A stretch of DNA of 64,000 nucleotides from Candidatus Brocadiia bacterium (GTDB lineage: Bacteria; Planctomycetota; Brocadiia; SM23-32). Shown here one piece after another: positions 39,520 to 51,300 of this stretch. The position numbers and the translations under genes were made by a program. Positions within the stretch are counted from its first letter, which is position 1, and every line of letters starts with the position of its first letter. The stretch covers positions 1-64,000 of the forward strand of contig JBKHIT010000007.1 of assembly GCA_046538485.1 (NCBI GenBank). The letters run 5' to 3'. A model generated the notes under the pieces. It saw only the letters and a list, made by a program, of their open reading frames with translations. It did no database searches and was not told the origin of the DNA.

Positions 39520-40371
39520 TTACCCCAGGATCTTGGCGAACCAATGAGCGGTATGAGTGAGGGCTTCTTTTTTCCAGGGCAGCGAGTAGAAATTGTGATT
39601 GGATCTTTTCACAACATGGAACTCGGCCGCCGGTTTTTTGTCGGCCAGGAATTCACCGAATAATTTACGTGCGTCTTTTGCCTCGGGGTCTGCCCCCCCG
39701 AAAAGAAACAACAAGTTCCCGGGGTAATTTGCCAGGGCTTCAACGATTTTTTCCTCTTGCTGAAATTCCTGAGGATTCCGCTCATGTTGGTCACTGTCTT
39801 TGCGGTAATGCCCGAAAAGAACGTCGAAAATCATGCCGAAATTAATTCGGCCTTTGACGAGTTTCGTCCACGTTTCTCGTCGCAATGCTTTCTTGATGTA
39901 GGTTTTTAAGAAGTGTCCCGTGCGTTTCACATCCTGGCGACGTTGTCTCTGGATTTGGAACGGGTATGTTGACCAGCAGGCCACGGCGGAAATCCGCCCG
40001 TCCATTGAGGCCGCGCTGAGGGCAACGTTACCGCCGGAACACATTCCCAGGAGGGCAATGGGGAGGGAAGCGTCAAATGTGTTCTGCAGGTAGTCGATGG
40101 CGGCAGTGGTATCCTTGAGCATTCGGTCGACATCCGTCTGAAATGGATCCCCTTCGCTTTCCCCTCGGCCGCTGAAATCAAAACGTAAAGTGGCCATCCC
40201 GCGGAGGTTGAGGTTGCGAGCCGTCTCAACAAGTATACGATGGGGACCCATCCGGCAGCCACTCCAGCCATGAAGCAACACGACTCCGCCCACCGGGTCG
40301 GTATCCGGCAGTCCCAGGATGCCATAAAGTCGTTCGGAACAGCTTATAAAATTCGCGGGTTTTTCGGGCAT
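39520..40371 (-). CDS. Alpha/beta hydrolase
   Basis: LLHGWSG, RFDFSGRGESEG, nucleophile elbow GMCSG, NHNF. Confidence 0.85.
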   Translation of the reverse strand: MPEKPANFISCSERLYGILGLPDTDPVGGVVLLHGWSGCRMGPHRILVETARNLNLRGMATLRFDFSGRGESEGDPFQTDVDRMLKDTTAAIDYLQNTFDASLPIALLGMCSGGNVALSAASMDGRISAVACWSTYPFQIQRQRRQDVKRTGHFLKTYIKKALRRETWTKLVKGRINFGMIFDVLFGHYRKDSDQHERNPQEFQQEEKIVEALANYPGNLLFLFGGADPEAKDARKLFGEFLADKKPAAEFHVVKRSNHNFYSLPWKKEALTHTAHWFAKILG

Positions 40372-40474
40372 GGGTTCCAAGAATCCGATTCCAGAGCGGT
40401 TTCCCCGAAGAGGGTGTGTTGCCCGGAGAAACGGAAAGTCGATTTCTATAGCCTGCAACTATTCAGGCTAACTT

Positions 40475-40545
40475 GTCATTGCGAGGCGGTATCGCCGCCG
40501 CGGCAATCTCGCTGTTGGGCCAAAAGAAAGACGGGATTGTCCGCC
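40475..40545. repeat. GTCATTGCGAG..GCAATC..GATTG palindromic repeat (partial)
   Basis: Shares gccgccgcggcaatct and gattg motifs with 46969-47039; gtcattgcgag is the reverse complement of ctcgcaatgac at 52321. Confidence 0.6.
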
Positions 40546-40624
40546 GGAGGTCGAATGAACTTCGCCCTTCTTGAGGTGAGCTTGCAGTGAGCTATCAAGC
40601 GCGGTCCCCCGGTCAGGGGGGCGT

Positions 40625-41488
40625 TCAGGCGCCGAGCAGTTGCGCGACTTTTCTGAAGAATCTCGATACCTTGCCCGCCGATCCGGAAAACATTTTATCG
40701 GGAGACTTCAATTGATCTTTGGGTTCAACATGTTCGCGAACCGTCTGGAATTCTCCGGCATCGAACCAGAGCCCGTGGCATTCTGGACACATTTCGACCT
40801 TGACTTTTGTGCCAGGATAATTGAACGAGGCCATTTGTTCGCGGCAATGGGGACATTCTCTATCGGAAAGCGTAGCATTTGCTGGGATGTCAGGGGGGCC
40901 CTCTTTCATGTACAGAACCTGTTCCAGTTCGCCTCCGTCGAACCAGATTCCCCGGCAGTTCTGACATTGGTCAAGAATAACCCCGCTGTAGTCGAGAGGT
41001 ACCTCTTCAAGAGCGGCTTTCTCACATCTGGGACATGGCATAGTGACGGTTTCGACATCGACCAGCATCTGACGCATTATTTGGGTTGTGGATTCTTCTT
41101 TCCCCTCCAGGACCGCCAATTCCTTCTCCGTGAGTGAATGGTGCCATTCGCGAATTTGCTCAAATTCGCCACGGTCCAGCCATACGCCTCCGCAATCTTC
41201 ACATGCATCGACAGTAACGTCCGTAGGGGGGTAGACAAAGGTAAAAAGTCTCCCACCGCAACGCGGGCAGGCCAGGTCTGTTTCCTCTCTCTCAGGAGGG
41301 ACACCCCGGTGCCCCGCGTTTGTGCGTAATATCTCTTGTAACTCGCCGTTATCGAACCAGAGCCCTCGACATTCGGGGCATCTGTCGATAACAAGGTCGC
41401 TCCGCGGGAAGGTCAGTTCCTCCATATCCACATCATTGCATTTGGGACATGAGAGGTCGGTGGCATTTTTTTCAGCGGATTTTCTCAT
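40625..41488 (-). CDS. Protein of four zf-TFIIB-type zinc ribbons
   Basis: Four CPxC..(D/E)xCxxCxGxWxDxGE units; the ORF track's N-terminal extension overlaps the divergent gene, so ATG 41488 is preferred. Confidence 0.85.
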   Translation of the reverse strand: MRKSAEKNATDLSCPKCNDVDMEELTFPRSDLVIDRCPECRGLWFDNGELQEILRTNAGHRGVPPEREETDLACPRCGGRLFTFVYPPTDVTVDACEDCGGVWLDRGEFEQIREWHHSLTEKELAVLEGKEESTTQIMRQMLVDVETVTMPCPRCEKAALEEVPLDYSGVILDQCQNCRGIWFDGGELEQVLYMKEGPPDIPANATLSDRECPHCREQMASFNYPGTKVKVEMCPECHGLWFDAGEFQTVREHVEPKDQLKSPDKMFSGSAGKVSRFFRKVAQLLGA

Positions 41489-41800
41489 AATCGAAACAAG
41501 TTCGTGAAAACCAAAAAGTAATGACCTTTTCCGATACAGCCCATACACCAGTATCATAAAACGATCCCCGACAAGATTCAACAGGTTGAGCCCGGACCAG
41601 ACCTCCGATCCAATCCAGCCACCCGGCGCAGAACACCCGCTCCCCCAAACGAGGGTACATTTGACAAAGATCTTCCGGTATCCAGAATAGATATGAATGA
41701 GAACACCGATGAAAGTATTTGATCCAACGCGTTTTGTCAGGATACCGACGGCGTGGACCACCGCCTGCGGGTCAGTATCTCCGTTATAGAGAGGGCCGCC

Positions 41801-44800
41801 GTGAATCGTGTCGTCTGCAGTCTGATAATTGCTCTCGTCGGGTTGCTTTTGTCCGCCGTCTGCGGCACCGTGCAAGGGGCAGATACGCAGAAATCTTTGC
41901 CGCAACCGGCGGTAACAAAAGCGGAAATCGACTTCGACAATTGCATCAGCGCCGCCGGAAACCAGTTTGAGGAAACAGCCGATCCGAATGTTCTCGCGGG
42001 ATTGTTGGGACTGAAGGATCTGCCATCGAAAAAGGCTGGATGGTCTACGGGTCCGGTGCAACATCCCGTGCGACACTTCCGTGTTTGTTTCAAGAAGCCG
42101 GTCCAGATTGGCACGATTTCGAGTCATTTTGCGGGCGAAAACACCGGGCTGGCGAGGCTTAAAAACTCGTCCGAGTATCCTGGCCCTATCGGAGATGATA
42201 CGGCTTGGAAGGAGATTCCAGGACGGCATCTCCGTGTTCTCCGACCCGGGACCAAAGTCCGTGCGTTGCGTTTTACCGACAGGAATTTCGATGTGCCCTG
42301 GGCTCCGGACTGTGAGCCATCGCGCTTCGGGCGTGTCCTGCTCCTGAAAAGACGATATTACAACGCCCTTCGATTGGGACGGAGCAAGTGGACGCTTAAG
42401 GACGCGAAGGGCCGCTGGCTCGGCTTCTGGATTAGACCCCTTCCCGTGAGTGCTGTTTGTCTGCCGAAGGGCCTTCCGAAAGACTTACAGGTGGAAATTC
42501 TGGGAGCCGAGATCGATAGACATCCCGCCATTGCCTCTCCTGAGTCGTGGAAGCGTCTGCAGACGCGGAACCTCTATGGTTCAGTTCTGGTATTCGAAAA
42601 ACCGGTGAGCTGTCGCGCACTCCGTGTGACGTCTGCCCATTTTTCGCATCGACGTCACCGGCCGGCGATCTTGCCCCTTGTTGCTCTCGAGGCCGGGCAA
42701 AAAGCTCCCTCGTTGAGTCAAGAGGCTCCGTTTACCTTCAATTATGAAATGCCACTCGATGGTTTGATGGCGATTCGGATCGATGACGTGCACGGGAATC
42801 TTGTACGGCGACTCCTCGCCGAAGTCGAACGGCAAAAGGGCCCCGTTTTGGAGCCCTGGGATTTGAAAAACGCCAGTGGGAGATACGTCGAGCCGGGTCG
42901 ATATCGCTGGACAGGTGTAGCTTGCCCCCCTCTTAAATTGACCTATCTCAATACGGTCTATAACGCCGGGGAACCGCCCTGGCGAGCGCCGGTGAGGGGA
43001 GGGGGATGGTGGATGGCCGATCACAGCCCTCCGGTCGCAGTTTGCGCCGCCGGGGATGTGGTGTTTATGGGCGCTCTGGGATCGGAGTTCGGTGATTCCC
43101 TGATTGCGACCGACCTGGATGGCAACAAGATCTGGCGTGACGAACATCAGGGAGTCGAAAGGTTGGTCAGCGATGGGCGCTACGGTTACATCGTCAATAA
43201 TAATTATGTGATGAGAGTGGATCCCCGAAAGGGATTCGAACGGCGGAAAATCTACCGTTTCAAATACTCTGAAACCTTCCCAGGCCATCGAAAAGGTTAC
43301 TATCGGGCTTACAACAGCGGAGTGGCGGCGTATCCCGGGCTATTGTGCGTGGCCTACAACGCACCTCCACCGCCCTGGATTACCTCCGCATTCAGCCGGT
43401 CGGAAATCGACATTGCCGGGTGCTTCCCGCCGATTGTCGACGAGGAGGTGCACGATACGGAACTCACGCCGAAGCAGCGCGTTTATTCCGCTTTCCTCAC
43501 GATGCAGAGCTCCCAGCAGAGCTATTTCGGGGATGCCGTTCAGAAAGGACCGCTGGCTCACACACTCATCCTGAAACTAAAAAAAGAGGTGCCGATTGGA
43601 AGTGTGCTTCTGCCGGATGCGCGAATCCGCGTCCGCGCACTGAAACCGGGCAGAACGCTCCCGACGAAATTCAAGGCCACTCGTAAGAGCGACGACCTGC
43701 TGGGGGCCGGGAGCGAAGAGGATCCGGAGATAGCAGGGCTTGCGGAATTCGACTCGCGTTTCGAACGCGACCGCTGGGTTTTGTTCGACTCGCCCGGGAA
43801 AGATGGCCGCCCGATAGTCGCCGCACCGGAAAAGGGGTTGAGGACCGGCGCATTGGCTTTCACAGGCACCAATCTGAAAAGGATTGACTATGCTCTCGTG
43901 CTCAAACATCGTTTCCGGGACGCGACGCCCGAAGCTGAATTAGTGATGCTGGAAGGCAAGAGAAAGGACGGTTGCGGTTGGGTTACACAGCGCGGACCCC
44001 ACAACCCAATATCCCCCGGCAATCCAGCCATCGCGGGGTTTGTCTGGCCCGAACTGGTTCCGCTCCGCGGATTTGCTCTGCTGCGTCCGATGCTCTGGGC
44101 AAGCGTCGAGGTTGATGTCTGGGATGGGCCAACGGATGCTGAGATCACCAAAGAATCGTTCCGGACGGAGACGAACTGGCGCAAGGTGCGGTGCTACGAG
44201 AAGAGCGAAAACAGGATGAAGTTCGGCTGGCATACGAATGTCGTCATTAAGAAAGATTTCCGCCGGACGCTGGATATAAGGGCGGTGCGCGTACGGATCG
44301 TCGAACCTCCCCAGATGCCGGTGGCCCCGGATAGCCCGGTCTGCCACGGCGGATTTGAAGCGTTGGTAACGTTTCGCCACATTGGCAAAGACCCTGATCT
44401 GCCAGAAAGCCATCCGAAACGTATTACGGTTTTGAAGGAACCGGATGGAAAAAACAATGCGAAGCTTGTGGGGCACTTTAAACTCAGTACGCGGGCAATT
44501 GCTTTTGGGCCGGACGGAGAACTTTTTGCGGCGACAGATGCCGGAATTGAACGGGTGAAGAATACCGGCTCGGTAGAAGGGGTCACAAAACCCGGCACGT
44601 CTTTGGTCGTGTCAGCTGAAAAATGCGGTGATTTATGCGCTCTGGAAGCCGGCAGTGAAGGGTTGCTCTACGGGATTGATCGATCGCGGAAATATATCCG
44701 CGTTTTTGATCCCCATGGCGGAAGGTTGGTCAGAACAATCGGAACGCCGGGAGGGATGAAAGCCGGGCCCTATGAACCCACGCGATTTGTCAAACCGGTG

Positions 44801-46888
44801 GCACTGAGCATCGACCGAGATGGCAAACTCTGGGTGGTCGATCAAGCGTTTCAACCGAAACGTATAACACGTTGGTCGAAGACCGGCCAGCTTGAAAAAC
44901 AGTTCCTCGGCCCCACACATTACGGCGGGGGAGGTAAAATGGATACCCGCGACCCAACGGTGGTCAACCACCTTGGCATGAAGTTCCGTATCGACTACGA
45001 CGACAAAACCTGGCGGCTCGAGAGCATACTGCGTCGCTACGGGAGCAACACGTTTCTGCCGGACCGGGTCTTTTACCACAAGGGACACCGCTACCTCGTG
45101 GGCGATAGGCCCGTCGTGACACCGTTCGGGGACGATGGGCCTGTGACAGCTATCTGCCAGGAGGAGGATGGCCGCGCCGTGACGATTGTGGCAGCGGGGA
45201 TGCTCGCGGGCTGGAAAAAATTTGCCCGAAGCGAATGGATGCAGACCGAATACGCGGACCTGGATGCTTCGAAAACGGGTTTTATCTGGAGCGACTTCAA
45301 TCACGATAGCGAAGTGACCGAAAAGGAATTGCAACTTCTCAAGTACGGTCTTGTGGAAAAATCTCCCTACGTGGGCAGAGACCTTTCGCTGAACTATGCG
45401 GGCAAAAAACGTCGGCTTCGGTCCACCAGCATCCGGGAAGACGGGATTCCTGTCTACGATCTCGAACGCATCGTAAAGGTCGAACATTTGGACGCGGAAG
45501 TGATGGTGACACGGGATGGGGGTACGTTTGTGATGGGGAACAAGTTCCTTGCCGCGGACGGTAGGCTGCTGTGGCCGTACCGCGACAAATACCGCGGGGT
45601 GCAGGGCTCCAATAAAACGCCGTGGGGATTTTACTCCCGGCCGCCGGGCGTTCTGTCCGGATCGACCACGACCGTCGGGCATTTCAGCGTGGCCGGGGAG
45701 CATTTGTTCTGCGTCGGGGGGAATAATGGCGATTACTATGCGTTCACGCGCGATGGTCTGCTGGCAGCGACGATTGTCGGGGGACCGCGAGGATACGGGA
45801 AACGCTTTTTCACGATGCCCGAGGCCAACCCCGGTAGGACCGACCTGACAGGTCTGCGTAAAACGGTCGAAGATTTCCACGGGCACGTCGCGCGGGTGAA
45901 TGGCCAGGTTTACGCCATCGCCGGTAAAAATCACGTGACCGTCATGCGAGTGGATGGGTTGGAACGGATCCAGCGGTTGGGAGGGGAGCTGAAAGTGACC
46001 CGCGAAGATATCAAGAAGACAGAAACTTGGGCCGCGCGTCAGGCAGCGCTCCGCCAACAAACGCGCGAACCGAAAGTGACGGACGTCCCGTTCCTCCGCA
46101 AAAAACCCGACATCGATGGCGAACCTTACGTGGATTGGCCCGAAGGCGATTTGCTTGATATCCGCGTTAAAGAAAATGAGCGGGGGGATATTTTGGAGCT
46201 GTACCGTGCCCGGTTCGCTTTCGACCGTGATAACCTGTACGTGACGGCCCGGGGTTTGGATGATTCTCCGATGCGCAACGGCGCGGATGAGGTCGCCACT
46301 TTGTTCCAGCGCGGGGACGGACTCGACATACGGCTGGGTCTTGATCCGAATGCATCGCCGGATCGGCAGAAACCGGCGCCGGGTGATGTGCGCATCGTCA
46401 TTGCCAGTGTGAAGGGGAAACCCAGGGCCGTTCTCTATCGTTACAAGAAATTGGGAAGGAGCCTGGGCGGCAAACCCCGGACTTTTACCTCGCCCATGGG
46501 CAAAACCCACGTCGAAGAATTCGTCCAGCTGACAGAAGCCAGGGTGGCGATTGAAAGGAAGAAACGGGGCAAAAAACAATTCTGGCACCTCGAAGCCGCC
46601 ATCCCCTGGGCGTCGCTCGGATGGGACGGTCCGGAAGGCGATACCACAATTCGGGGCGATGTGGGTGTCCTGGTCTCCGACCAGAACGGCGTTCAGACGG
46701 TCACCCGGTATTACTGGTCGAACAAATCCCACGTGATAATGGGAGATCTGCGGGCCGAGGCGGCCATCCATCCCGCGCTCTGGGGAAAGTTACGTTTCCG
46801 CGTGCCGGATGCTTTTGAGGGAGCGCTCGATGAGGGCGGAGGGGATGAGGAGGATGGGATCGAGGGGATTGATGGAATGCTGCCGTAG
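41801..46888 (+). CDS. Giant secreted protein with FlgD-Ig-like, NHL/beta-propeller and C-terminal CBM9-like domains
   Basis: Signal peptide from GTG 41801; GNLVRRL..WDLKNASGRYVEPGRYRW; PVALSIDRDGKLWVVD; PDIDG..DW..LEAAIPW..GDVGV..WG. Confidence 0.7.
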   Translation: MNRVVCSLIIALVGLLLSAVCGTVQGADTQKSLPQPAVTKAEIDFDNCISAAGNQFEETADPNVLAGLLGLKDLPSKKAGWSTGPVQHPVRHFRVCFKKPVQIGTISSHFAGENTGLARLKNSSEYPGPIGDDTAWKEIPGRHLRVLRPGTKVRALRFTDRNFDVPWAPDCEPSRFGRVLLLKRRYYNALRLGRSKWTLKDAKGRWLGFWIRPLPVSAVCLPKGLPKDLQVEILGAEIDRHPAIASPESWKRLQTRNLYGSVLVFEKPVSCRALRVTSAHFSHRRHRPAILPLVALEAGQKAPSLSQEAPFTFNYEMPLDGLMAIRIDDVHGNLVRRLLAEVERQKGPVLEPWDLKNASGRYVEPGRYRWTGVACPPLKLTYLNTVYNAGEPPWRAPVRGGGWWMADHSPPVAVCAAGDVVFMGALGSEFGDSLIATDLDGNKIWRDEHQGVERLVSDGRYGYIVNNNYVMRVDPRKGFERRKIYRFKYSETFPGHRKGYYRAYNSGVAAYPGLLCVAYNAPPPPWITSAFSRSEIDIAGCFPPIVDEEVHDTELTPKQRVYSAFLTMQSSQQSYFGDAVQKGPLAHTLILKLKKEVPIGSVLLPDARIRVRALKPGRTLPTKFKATRKSDDLLGAGSEEDPEIAGLAEFDSRFERDRWVLFDSPGKDGRPIVAAPEKGLRTGALAFTGTNLKRIDYALVLKHRFRDATPEAELVMLEGKRKDGCGWVTQRGPHNPISPGNPAIAGFVWPELVPLRGFALLRPMLWASVEVDVWDGPTDAEITKESFRTETNWRKVRCYEKSENRMKFGWHTNVVIKKDFRRTLDIRAVRVRIVEPPQMPVAPDSPVCHGGFEALVTFRHIGKDPDLPESHPKRITVLKEPDGKNNAKLVGHFKLSTRAIAFGPDGELFAATDAGIERVKNTGSVEGVTKPGTSLVVSAEKCGDLCALEAGSEGLLYGIDRSRKYIRVFDPHGGRLVRTIGTPGGMKAGPYEPTRFVKPVALSIDRDGKLWVVDQAFQPKRITRWSKTGQLEKQFLGPTHYGGGGKMDTRDPTVVNHLGMKFRIDYDDKTWRLESILRRYGSNTFLPDRVFYHKGHRYLVGDRPVVTPFGDDGPVTAICQEEDGRAVTIVAAGMLAGWKKFARSEWMQTEYADLDASKTGFIWSDFNHDSEVTEKELQLLKYGLVEKSPYVGRDLSLNYAGKKRRLRSTSIREDGIPVYDLERIVKVEHLDAEVMVTRDGGTFVMGNKFLAADGRLLWPYRDKYRGVQGSNKTPWGFYSRPPGVLSGSTTTVGHFSVAGEHLFCVGGNNGDYYAFTRDGLLAATIVGGPRGYGKRFFTMPEANPGRTDLTGLRKTVEDFHGHVARVNGQVYAIAGKNHVTVMRVDGLERIQRLGGELKVTREDIKKTETWAARQAALRQQTREPKVTDVPFLRKKPDIDGEPYVDWPEGDLLDIRVKENERGDILELYRARFAFDRDNLYVTARGLDDSPMRNGADEVATLFQRGDGLDIRLGLDPNASPDRQKPAPGDVRIVIASVKGKPRAVLYRYKKLGRSLGGKPRTFTSPMGKTHVEEFVQLTEARVAIERKKRGKKQFWHLEAAIPWASLGWDGPEGDTTIRGDVGVLVSDQNGVQTVTRYYWSNKSHVIMGDLRAEAAIHPALWGKLRFRVPDAFEGALDEGGGDEEDGIEGIDGMLP

Positions 46889-46968
46889 AGATGTTTCGCA
46901 CAAGTAGATCACGTTTTCTAAGCGGCATATGGTCGTGGCTAATTTACCGTACGGCGAACGCCAAGAAG

Positions 46969-47039
46969 GCCGCCGCGGCAATCTGGGTTGAAAAAACGAC
47001 GAGATTGCTTCGCCCATCGTACGACGGACTTGCAATGAC
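46969..47039. repeat. Palindromic repeat, same family as 40475
   Basis: gccgcggcaatct..gagattgcttcg..ttgcaatgac. Confidence 0.6.
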
Positions 47040-47307
47040 TCATGAAGCGGTACTTCCGGGCTAAATACGTACATTCTGGCTGTCAGCGGTCTGGCTGGGA
47101 GGAGCGAAGTGTTCTTGTTGACGGGCCTTCCTCTCTTGCACTTCTGCAAGATTTGTCCGCCTCAAGTCCAGTTTCACCCGCCGCTGGCGGGCTCAGCGGA
47201 CCACTAGGCGCTCGGCGCCGATCGGAAACTGGCGACAACCTCAAGCAAACCCACAGTTATCAAACCAAGAAACGCCTGAAGCGCATATTCGTGACGTTAT
47301 TCGATGC

Positions 47308-47336
47308 TTGATTTTACAATTACTCCGGGCTATAAT
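47308..47336 (+). promoter_or_regulatory. Sigma-70 promoter
   Basis: TTGATT-N17-TATAAT upstream of prepilin gene. Confidence 0.6.
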
Positions 47337-47440
47337 ATCCAAAAATGATATTAAAAGGGTATCTTATGCCGTAAGAGAATATTAATTTTTGGGTCTCCCC
47401 ATCATGGTGTTACATCGGGGAAAACCGATGGGAGGAAAAA

Positions 47441-48325
47441 ATGCGCTGCATGGAACTGAGAATGTCGCCGCCAGGTGGTAAAAAAGGCTCAAGGCGGGGA
47501 TTTACGCTGATCGAGCTGCTGGTTGTGATTGCGATCATCGCGATTCTGGCGGCGATGCTCATGCCGGCGCTGGAATCGGCCCGCGATGCCGCACGCACGG
47601 CCGTATGCCTGGGGCACCTCTGCCAGTTCGGTACGGCGATTCAGGTTTATACGGTCGATAACGACGGCAAATATCCCCTCAGCGGCATCAAAGTAAACGG
47701 CTGGAACGCCTCCTGCGGTGGCAGCACGCCGAATTACAGCTGGGACGACATTATCACCCCCTACACGGGCCAGGAGTTGACCCGGGCCGAACTGGATGCG
47801 AACGGAATCTACAAGAAACATTCGCTCTTCAAGTGTCCGGCTAACCCTATTCCCGGGGACGAGCGCCGGCGTCGGGACTACAGTATCAATCCGAATGTTG
47901 CCGGAAGCCCCTATCTCGCTTCCTGCCCTGCCGGGCCGGGCGATGCTCCCGAGCCCCTGCGGGTTGCACAGATACCCGGGCCGAGTAATACGCTCTTGCT
48001 GTTTGATTATCCCAATAATACTCACAACGTCGGACGGGGGAGGGTCGAAGGCAGCGGCATCCGCAATCCCTGGAGCCAGATAGGCGGCCACGGCTGCCAT
48101 GGTTTCCCCGGCGGCAAGATATGGGATTATTACCACGGTACCGACTGGCCCACGCATGATAGGCCGCAGCTCGGGACCGGTTGTCACAGGGGGGATACCT
48201 ACTTCAATTATCTCTATTGTGACAGTCACGTCGAGACGCTTTTTGCGCTGGAGACGGACCGGCGCGATTTCTGGCAGTGTTTTGGGGACCCACTCCACGA
48301 CTGGTCGGTGGAGACGGGGGATTGA
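47441..48325 (+). CDS. Prepilin-type DUF1559-like protein
   Basis: [44 protein letters not shown]. Confidence 0.9.
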   Translation: MRCMELRMSPPGGKKGSRRGFTLIELLVVIAIIAILAAMLMPALESARDAARTAVCLGHLCQFGTAIQVYTVDNDGKYPLSGIKVNGWNASCGGSTPNYSWDDIITPYTGQELTRAELDANGIYKKHSLFKCPANPIPGDERRRRDYSINPNVAGSPYLASCPAGPGDAPEPLRVAQIPGPSNTLLLFDYPNNTHNVGRGRVEGSGIRNPWSQIGGHGCHGFPGGKIWDYYHGTDWPTHDRPQLGTGCHRGDTYFNYLYCDSHVETLFALETDRRDFWQCFGDPLHDWSVETGD

Positions 48326-48397
48326 AGCCGGGATGTAAATGTGATCGAATGTTCCATGCACGGAATTGCCCCGCGCTTTCTGAAAGGATTCGAAAAC

Positions 48398-51300
48398 ATG
48401 TTTTCAGGTCGTTCTATAGCTTTTTCTTTGTTCTTTGTGCTGGTTCTGGTTTCGGTTTCTTCCCTGCTGGCCGACTCAGGGAGGGGGCGTCATAAGAAAA
48501 TCTACGCTGTCCCGACTCCCGGCACGGTGAAGATCGACGCCCGCCTGGACGACTGGGATTTCAGCGGTCATGTCAACTGCTACATCCGTTCCGAAACGCG
48601 GGAAGAGAAAAGCGCCGATTTCGCGGTGATGTATGACGACGAAGCGCTCTATCTCGGGGCCAGAGTTCTTGATCCTTCTCCGATGCTGAACCATCACAGC
48701 CCGGAGGCCGACGCGGATAAAGCCTGGATGGGGGACTGCTGCCAGTTCCGTCTCGTCACGGATCGCACGTTGCCTTTTCCGTTCCTGCGGGGAGCCCTGG
48801 GAAACGCCAATAAAGGGGCTGAAGAAGGACAGCCCCTTCATTTGATGTTGTGGTATTTCACCGACGAGAAAAAGCCGGCCCTTCAGGTCCACAAGAGTTT
48901 TGCCATGGAACCCGTGCGGAAGGAGTGGGCTCCCCACGGAGTCGTCCCGGCGACTCATTTTGACGCCGCGTACCGGAAACATCCGGAAGGGAAATCCTAT
49001 ACCTTCGAATATCGAATTCCCTGGTCCAGCCTCAACGCAAAGAAAAAGCATCCCGTCGCCGGCGACGTTGTCAACGCGACCGTCCAGTTTCTGTGGTCCG
49101 GGCCAAACGGACTCAGAGCAAAAGGGGGAGTGGTCTACGACGTCATGAGCCGGGGCGGATTCCCCTGGCAGACCTCCGGGGTCTGGGGCAAGATGGTGAT
49201 GAGGAGCGAAGGCAACGTTGATCGCAAATGGGTCGAACCGTTCGAACCGCCAAAGCCCCCGCGCCCGCTCGAATTTGAATACGACCTCCCCGAGGACGGC
49301 GTCGTTTCCGTCGCGCTTTACAAAGACAAGAAAATCGTGCGGCATATCGTCGCAGAGGGCAAGAGAAAAGCGGGTCACGTCGTGGAGAAGTGGAACGGTC
49401 GCGACCGACGCGGCGAACCTTTGCCCACGGGCACCTACCGCTGGAAAGGGCTCTACCACGATCCCATCACAACCCGTTACGTAATGTCGGTCGGGAATTC
49501 CGGCAATCCCCCGTACAAGACAGCGGACGGGACGGGCGGTTGGGGAGGCGATTACGGTCCGCCGTCCGCAGCCTGTGTTGCCGGTGACAGGATGATTCTG
49601 GGTTGGACCGCCCACGAAAACGGTTGGGGGATCATCGCCACCGATCTGGACGGAAACAAGATATGGGGAGCCAAACAGAAAAACGCCGCGTTCCTCGCCA
49701 CAGATGGCAACCGGTTTTTTGCCCCGGCCGAGCGTGGCGGCAAACGGATCAACGTCTACGCGGTTAAAAACGGTCAACCACTGGTCTACGGCAACGGTTT
49801 GCAGGGCCTGAAGCCCCCTGAAACGGAAAAGAAGGACGTCTCCACAAAGCCGACCGGCGTGGGGTATGCCCGGGGTAAGTTGTATGTCAGTTACCGCGAA
49901 CTCAACACCATCGGCGTATACGATGCGGACGAGGGAAATCTGGGGGCCACGTGGAACGTAAAGAGCCCGGGCCGCATTGCGGCTTCTGGTGAGGGCGGGA
50001 TCCTCGTTATCAGCGGGACAAGGCTCGTGCGGGTGAAAGATGGGAAGCCGGAGGATTTTGCGACCACGCATATCGATGAACCCGCCGGGGTGGCGATCGG
50101 CCCCAGGGGCAAAGTGTATGTGGCCAATCACGGCAAACTTCAGAGTGTAAGCGTATTTACGCCCGAAGGGAAATACCTCCGGAGCATCGGCAAGCGCGGG
50201 GGACGTCCTCTGGTCGGGCCCTGGGACAAAAAGGGGATGCGGCGTCCCGCCGGTATCGCGGTTGACGGCGAAGGGAAACTCTGGGTGCCGGAGGCCATCA
50301 ATTCTCCCAAACGTTTGAGTGTGTGGCACACTTCGAGCGGGAAATTACTGGAAGAATACTTTGGTGCATGTTCCTACTCGCCTTTCATGTGGATAGATCC
50401 CGCCAACCCGAGCGAAGCGTTTTTCGACAATACGATCTGGGATATCGATCTGGAGAAAGGCACCTGGTATCCGAAAAGCGTCTTTTATCGGCGCACCTCT
50501 CGCAACATGGTGCACAGCGGCAACGGGGGATTTCACAATCCGTTCCGGGTGTTCACGGCGGGGAACGGCCATCAATACGCGATTTCAAGCTGGCACGGGT
50601 TCGGTCCGGTTCTCTGGATACGGCGCGGCAACCGTTTTCGGCCGACATATTTCATGTTCAAGAACCATCCGAATCCGGTTTTGATACCGCGTCCGCCTTT
50701 CAAAATTATGAAGGATGAGGAGGAATACCCGCCGGGTCATTACTATTTCTGGGCCGATGAGAACAGAGATATGGTGGTTCAAAAGGCGGAGATCACTGAA
50801 ATCCCCGGTTCCTGGCGCAACCGACCTCCGTATTTCAACTGGATGGATAAAGGTTTGAACCTTTACGGCAACGGCGCCGTGTATCGGCCGGGGAGCATCG
50901 GCGAGGACGGAGTTCCCGTTTACGATTTTAAAAATCCGGAAAAACTTGACGTGGAGCACAGAAGCCGACATACCTGGGTTGATCCGGAAGGGAAACGTCT
51001 CTGGGGACTCGGAAGAGGCAGCCGCGAGCTGGGGCGGGCCATCAGTCAGTGGGATCTCGGGAGCGGCAAGATGGAATGGGCCTATCCGCATTTGAAGACC
51101 TGGCGCGCGGCGATTAACGAAGGGATTCCGGCGCCCGGCAAATTGATCGGGTCGACCTGCCCCCTCGGGACGGCCGGCGGGTACACCGGGGTCATAAGCT
51201 ATTTTGGCACGGCCAATCTCGTGCGAACAAAAGACGGTCTGTTCATGTCGCAGGTTTTTGAGCATGGGGCTCGTGGCGGATACGGTCCGAATGTTTTTTA

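Noticed and set aside
41489..42229. N-terminal extension of the zinc-ribbon ORF
   Set aside because: Overlaps the divergent giant gene and has no protein-like features
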